From Squalus acanthias (lineage: Eukaryota): a stretch of 64,000 nucleotides of DNA. Each line of letters starts with the position of its first letter. The first letter of the stretch is position 1. Below the pieces are notes generated by a model. That model was not told where the DNA came from and did not search any database. It was given only the letters and a program-made list of their open reading frames with translations. This document shows positions 59,309-64,000 of the stretch, one piece after another. The stretch lies in contig CM059432.1 of NCBI GenBank assembly GCA_030390025.1, positions 86,182,001 through 86,246,000 of the forward strand. The letters run 5' to 3'. The position numbers were made by a program, and so were the translations under genes.

Positions 59309-62300
59309 GAGAACTAGGGAGCTAGGAAAGAGATTAATAAGCAGGACCTCAAAGGTAGTAATCTCAGGATTACTCCCGGTGCCAAGCGGTAGTGAGTACA
59401 GAAATAGGAGGATAGAGTAGATGAATGTGTGGCTGGAGAGATGGTGCAGGATGGAGGGCTTTAGATTCCTGAGGCATTGGGGGGAGGTAGGACCTGTACA
59501 AGCCGGAAGGGTTGCACCTCAATGGGGACGGGACCAATATCCGAGCAAGGGGGTTTGCTAGTGCTGTTGGGGAGGGTTTAAAGTAGCTTGGCAGGGGGAT
59601 GGGAACCTGAGCCTAGATTCAGAAGGGAGAGAAGCAAAGCTGGAAATCAAAGGCAGAAAATTAGTACATGAATTTGGGAGGTAGAGGAAACAAAGGTTAG
59701 AAAATAGGCAACAAAGGGGTTTGACATTGCTTAATGGTGTATACTTCAATGCAAGGAGTCTAGTGAATAAGGCAGATGAGCTGAGGGCACAGATAGGCAC
59801 GTGGAAGTACTGAAACATGGCTGAAAGAAGGGCAGGAATGTCAGCTCAACATTCCTGGTAACAAGGTTTTCAGATGAGATAGAAAGGGGGATAAAAATGG
59901 AGGGGGGGGGGGTTGCAATATTGATTAAAGAAACAATTACAGCTGTGAGGAGGGATGATGTGTTAGAAGGATCATCAAATGAGGCCATATGGGTTGAACT
60001 GAAGAAGAAAAAAGGGAAAACCACACTGCTGGGAGAGTACTATAGTCCCCCAAATACTCAGAGGGAGATAGATGAGCAAATATGTAGCCAAATTTCTGAG
60101 GAGTGCAAAAATAATAGGGCAGTAATAGTAGGGGATTTCAACTACCCTAATATTAACTGGGATAGAATCAGTGCAAAAGGTATAGAGGGTGCAGAATTCT
60201 TAAAGTGCATTCAGGAGAACTTTTTTAGCCAGTACATAGCAAGCCCAATAAGAGTAGGGGCGGTTCATAACTTAGTTTTAGGGAATGAAGCTGGGTAGGT
60301 GGAAGGGGTATCAGTGGGAGAGCATATTGGTGGTAGTGATCATAATTCGGTTAGATTTAGCATAGTTATGGAAAAGGACAAAGATAGACCAGGAATAAAA
60401 GTTCTCAATTGGAGAAAGGCCAATTTTACGAGGCTGAGATGTGCTTTAGCATAAGTGGGCTGGAAACAGCTACTTGATGGTAAATCAGTGTCAGAGCAGT
60501 GGGGAGGCATTCAAGGAGGAGATATTGAGGGATCAGAGCAAATATGTTCCCACAAAGAAAAAGGGTGGGACTTCCAAATCTAGAGCCCCCTCGATGTCAA
60601 GAGGCGTACGGGGCAGGATAAGGCAAAAAAGGAAAGCTTATGTCAGATACTGAGAGCTAAATACTGCAGAAAGCCTAGAAGAGTATAAAAATGTAGGGGC
60701 GAAATTAAAAAGGAAATTGGGAAAACAAAGAGAGTATTGAAAAAATATTGGCAAGTAAAATCAAGGAAAACCCAAAGATGTTTTATAAATACATAAAGTG
60801 CAAGAGGATAACTAAGGAAAGAGCAGGGCCTATTAGAGACCAAAAAGGTAACCCATGTATGGAAGCGGAAGACATGGGTATGGTTCTTAATGAATACTTT
60901 GCATCTGTCTTAACAAAAGAGAAGGACGATGCAGACATTGTAGTTAAGGAGCAGGATTGTGAAATATCAGATGAGATAAACATAGTGAGAGAGGAAATAT
61001 TAAGGGGTTTAGCATCTTTGAAAGTAGATAAATCGTCAGGCCCAGATAAAATGTATCCCAGGCTGTGAAGAGAAGCAAGGGAGGAAATAGCAGAGGCTCT
61101 GACCATCATTTTCCAATCCTCTCTGGCTATGGGTGTGGTGCCGGAGGACTGGAAGACTGCAAACATTGTACCATTGTTTAAAAAGGGAGAAAGGGATAGA
61201 CCGAGTAATTATAGGCCAGTCAGCATAACCTCGGTGGTGGGAAAATTATTGGAAAATATTCTGAGGGACAGTATTAATCATCATTTCGAAAGGCACGGAT
61301 TAATCAAGAGCAGGGAAATTATGCTGGAACTGTATACAACACTGGTTAGGCCACAGCTTCAGTACTGCGTGCAGTTCTGGTCACCACATTACAGGAGGGA
61401 TGTGATTGCACTGGAGAGGGTGAAGAGGAGATTTACGAGGATGTTGCCAGGACTGGAAAACTTTAGCTATGAGGAAAGATTGGATAGGCTGGGGTTGTTT
61501 TCCTTGGAACAGAGGAGACTGAGGGGAGATTTAATTGAGATGTATAAAATTATGAGGGGCCTAGATAGAGTGGATAGGAAGGACCTATTTCCCTTAGCAG
61601 AGGGGTCAAGAACCAGGAGGCATAGTTTTAAAGTAGTTGGTAGAAGGATTAGAGGGGAGATGAGGGAAAAAAATTTCACCCAGAGGGTGGTGGGGGTCTG
61701 GAACTCACTGCCCGAAAGGATGGTAGAGGCAGAAACCCTCATCACATTTAAAAAGTACTTGGATGTGCACTTGAAGAGCCGTAACCTACAGGGCTACGGA
61801 CCTAGTGCTGGAAGGTGGGATTAGGCTGGGTAGCTCTTTTCCGACCGGCACAACACGATGGGCTGAATGGCCTTCTTCTGTGTCGTAATTTTTCTATGAT
61901 TCTATGATAAAGGATAGTCAGCATGGATTTGTTAAGGGAAGGTCATGTCTGAATAACTTGATTGAATTTTTTGAGGAGCTAACAAGGAGAGTTGATGAGG
62001 GTAGCACGTTCGATGTAGTCTACATGGATTTGACAAGGTCCCACATGGCAGATTAGTCAGAAAAGTAAAAGCCCATAGGATCCAAGGGAAAGTGACAAGT
62101 TGGATCTAAAATTGGCTCAGTGGCAGGAAGCAATGGTGATGATCGACGGGTGTTTTTGTGACTGGAAGGCTGTTTCTAATGGGGTTCCACAGGGCTCAGT
62201 ACTAGGTTGCTTGCTTTTTGTGGTATATATCAATGATTTAGACTATATTGTAGGGGGCATGATTAAGAAGTTTGCAGATGATACAAAAATTGGCCATGTG

Positions 62301-62785
62301 GTTGATAGTGAGGAAAAAAGCTGTAGACTGCAGAAAGATATCAATGGGCTGGTCAGGTGAGCAGAAAAGTGGCAAATGGAATTCAATCTGGAGAAGTGTG
62401 AGGTAATGCATTTGGGGAGGGCTAACAAGGCAAGGGAATACACAAAAGATGGTAGGAGACTGAGAAGTGTAGAGGAACAGAGGGATCTTGGAGTGCATGT
62501 CCACAGATCCCTGAAGGTAGCAGTACAGGTAGATAAGGTGGTTAAGAAGGCATACGGGATACTTTCCTTTATTAGCTGAAGCATAGAATATAAGAGCAGG
62601 GAAGTTATGCTTCAACTGTATAAAACCTAGTTTGGCCACAGCCTGAGTACGGCATACAGTTCTGGTCACCATATGACAGGAAAGATGTGATTGCACTAGA
62701 GAGGGTACAGAGGAGATTTACGAGGATGTTGCCAGGACTGGAGAATTTTAGCTATGAGGAAAGATTGGATAAGCTGGAGTTATTT
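59309..62785 (+). mobile_element. CR1 LINE (ORF1 end, EN, RT), degenerate, with a nested CR1 3' fragment at ~61306-61907
   Basis: GGGVAILIK, VGDFNYPNINW and NYRPVSITS motifs. RT resumes at 61908 (aaggatagtcagcatgg) after a complete CR1 tail ending tctatgattctatga. Confidence 0.9.
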
Positions 62786-64000
62786 AGGGACCAAAAAGGA
62801 GACCTACGCATGTAGGCAGAGGGTATGGCTGAGGTACTAAATGAAGAACCAAGGAAGAAGATGCTGCCATAGACATAGTGAAGGAGGAGGTAGAGGAGAT
62901 ACTGGATGGGATAAGAATGGATAAAGACGAGGTACTAGAAAGGCTGGCGGTACTTAAAGTAGATAAGTCACCAGGACCAGATGGGATGCATCCAAGGACA
63001 CGGAGGGAAGTGAAGGAAGAAATCGTGGAGGTACTGGCCATAATCTTCCAATCCTCCTTAGAAACGGGGGACTGGAGAATTGCAAATGTTACACCCTTGT
63101 TCAATAAAGGGTGTAAAGATAAACCCAGAAACTATAGGTCGGTCAGTTTAACCTCGGTAGTGGAGAAGCTTTTAGAAACAATAATCAGGGACAAAATTAA
63201 CAGTCACTTGGACAAGTGTGGATTAATTAAGGAAAGCCAGCCTGGATTTGTTAAAGGCAAATCGTGTTTAACTAACTTGATCGAGTTTTTTGATGAGGTA
63301 ACAGAAAGGGTTGATGAGGGCAATTCGGTTGATGTGGTGTACATGGATTTCCAAAAGGCATTCGACAAAATGCCACATAATAGACTTGCCAGCAAAGTTG
63401 AAGCCCATGGAATAAAAGGGACAGTGGCAGCATGAATACGAAATTGGCTAAGTGACAGGAAACAGAGAGTAGTGGTGAACGGTTGTTTTTCAGACTGGAG
63501 GAAGGTATACAGTGGTGTTCCCCAGGGGTCGGTTCTAGGACCACTGCTTTTCTTGATATATATTAATGACTTGGATGTGGGTGTACAGGGCACAATTTCA
63601 AAATTTGCAGATGACACAAAACTTGGAAGTATAGTGAACAGTGAGGAGGATAGTGATAGACTTCAAGAGGACATAGACAGGCTGGTGAAAAGTGTGAAGT
63701 GATACATTTTGGTAGAAAGAATGAGGAGAGGAAATACAAACTAAAGGGTACAATTCTAAAAGGGGTGCATGAACAGAGAGACCTTGGGGTATATGTGCAC
63801 AAATCATTGAAGGTGGCAGGGCAGTGAGAAAGCAGTTAAAAAAGCTTACGGGATCCTGGGCTTCATGAATAGAGGTATAGAGTACAAAAGCATGGAAATT
63901 ATGATGAACCTGTATAAAACACTGGTTCAGCTTCAACTGGAGTATTGTGTACAATTCTGAGCACCGCACTTTAGGAAGGATGTGAAGGTCTTAGAGAGGG
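62786..64000 (+). mobile_element. CR1 RT fragment running off the window
   Basis: ORFs 62878..63435 and 63472..63702 ([18 protein letters not shown]). Confidence 0.92.

Noticed and set aside
61129..61824. 231-aa ORF resembling an RT lacking its catalytic core
   Set aside because: It is an in-frame junction between a host CR1 and a nested CR1 3' fragment; the missing RT part resumes at ~61908.

Overview
Eukaryotic, almost entirely transposon-derived DNA, most likely from a cartilaginous fish (shark). This is inferred from an HE1/V-SINE, dense CR1 LINEs with an SGNH-esterase ORF1, L2, Penelope and PIF/Harbinger elements; no database was consulted. The window is a deeply nested stack. (1) A decayed two-gene Harbinger (DDE transposase plus spliced Myb/SANT gene, convergent) can be reconstructed between matching TIRs at 40717 and 57804, inflated to 17 kb by insertions that include a second full-length Harbinger (43769-47469). 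(2) About nine non-autonomous Harbinger-type TIR elements are present. Three of them (1530-2259, 4990-5733, 42583-43326) are arrays of hairpins whose stems covary between copies, around an AT-rich core carrying consensus splice donors. (3) An ORF2-only LINE has a tRNA-like Pol III head, and a SINE made of its head plus tail lies nearby. (4) A Penelope element with an inverted arm and hammerhead ribozyme vestiges is split by a chimeric CR1. Only one reasonably convincing host-type exon (39467-39606, minus strand) was seen, and the gene could not be identified. All comparisons were made by eye, and coordinates of decayed elements are approximate.
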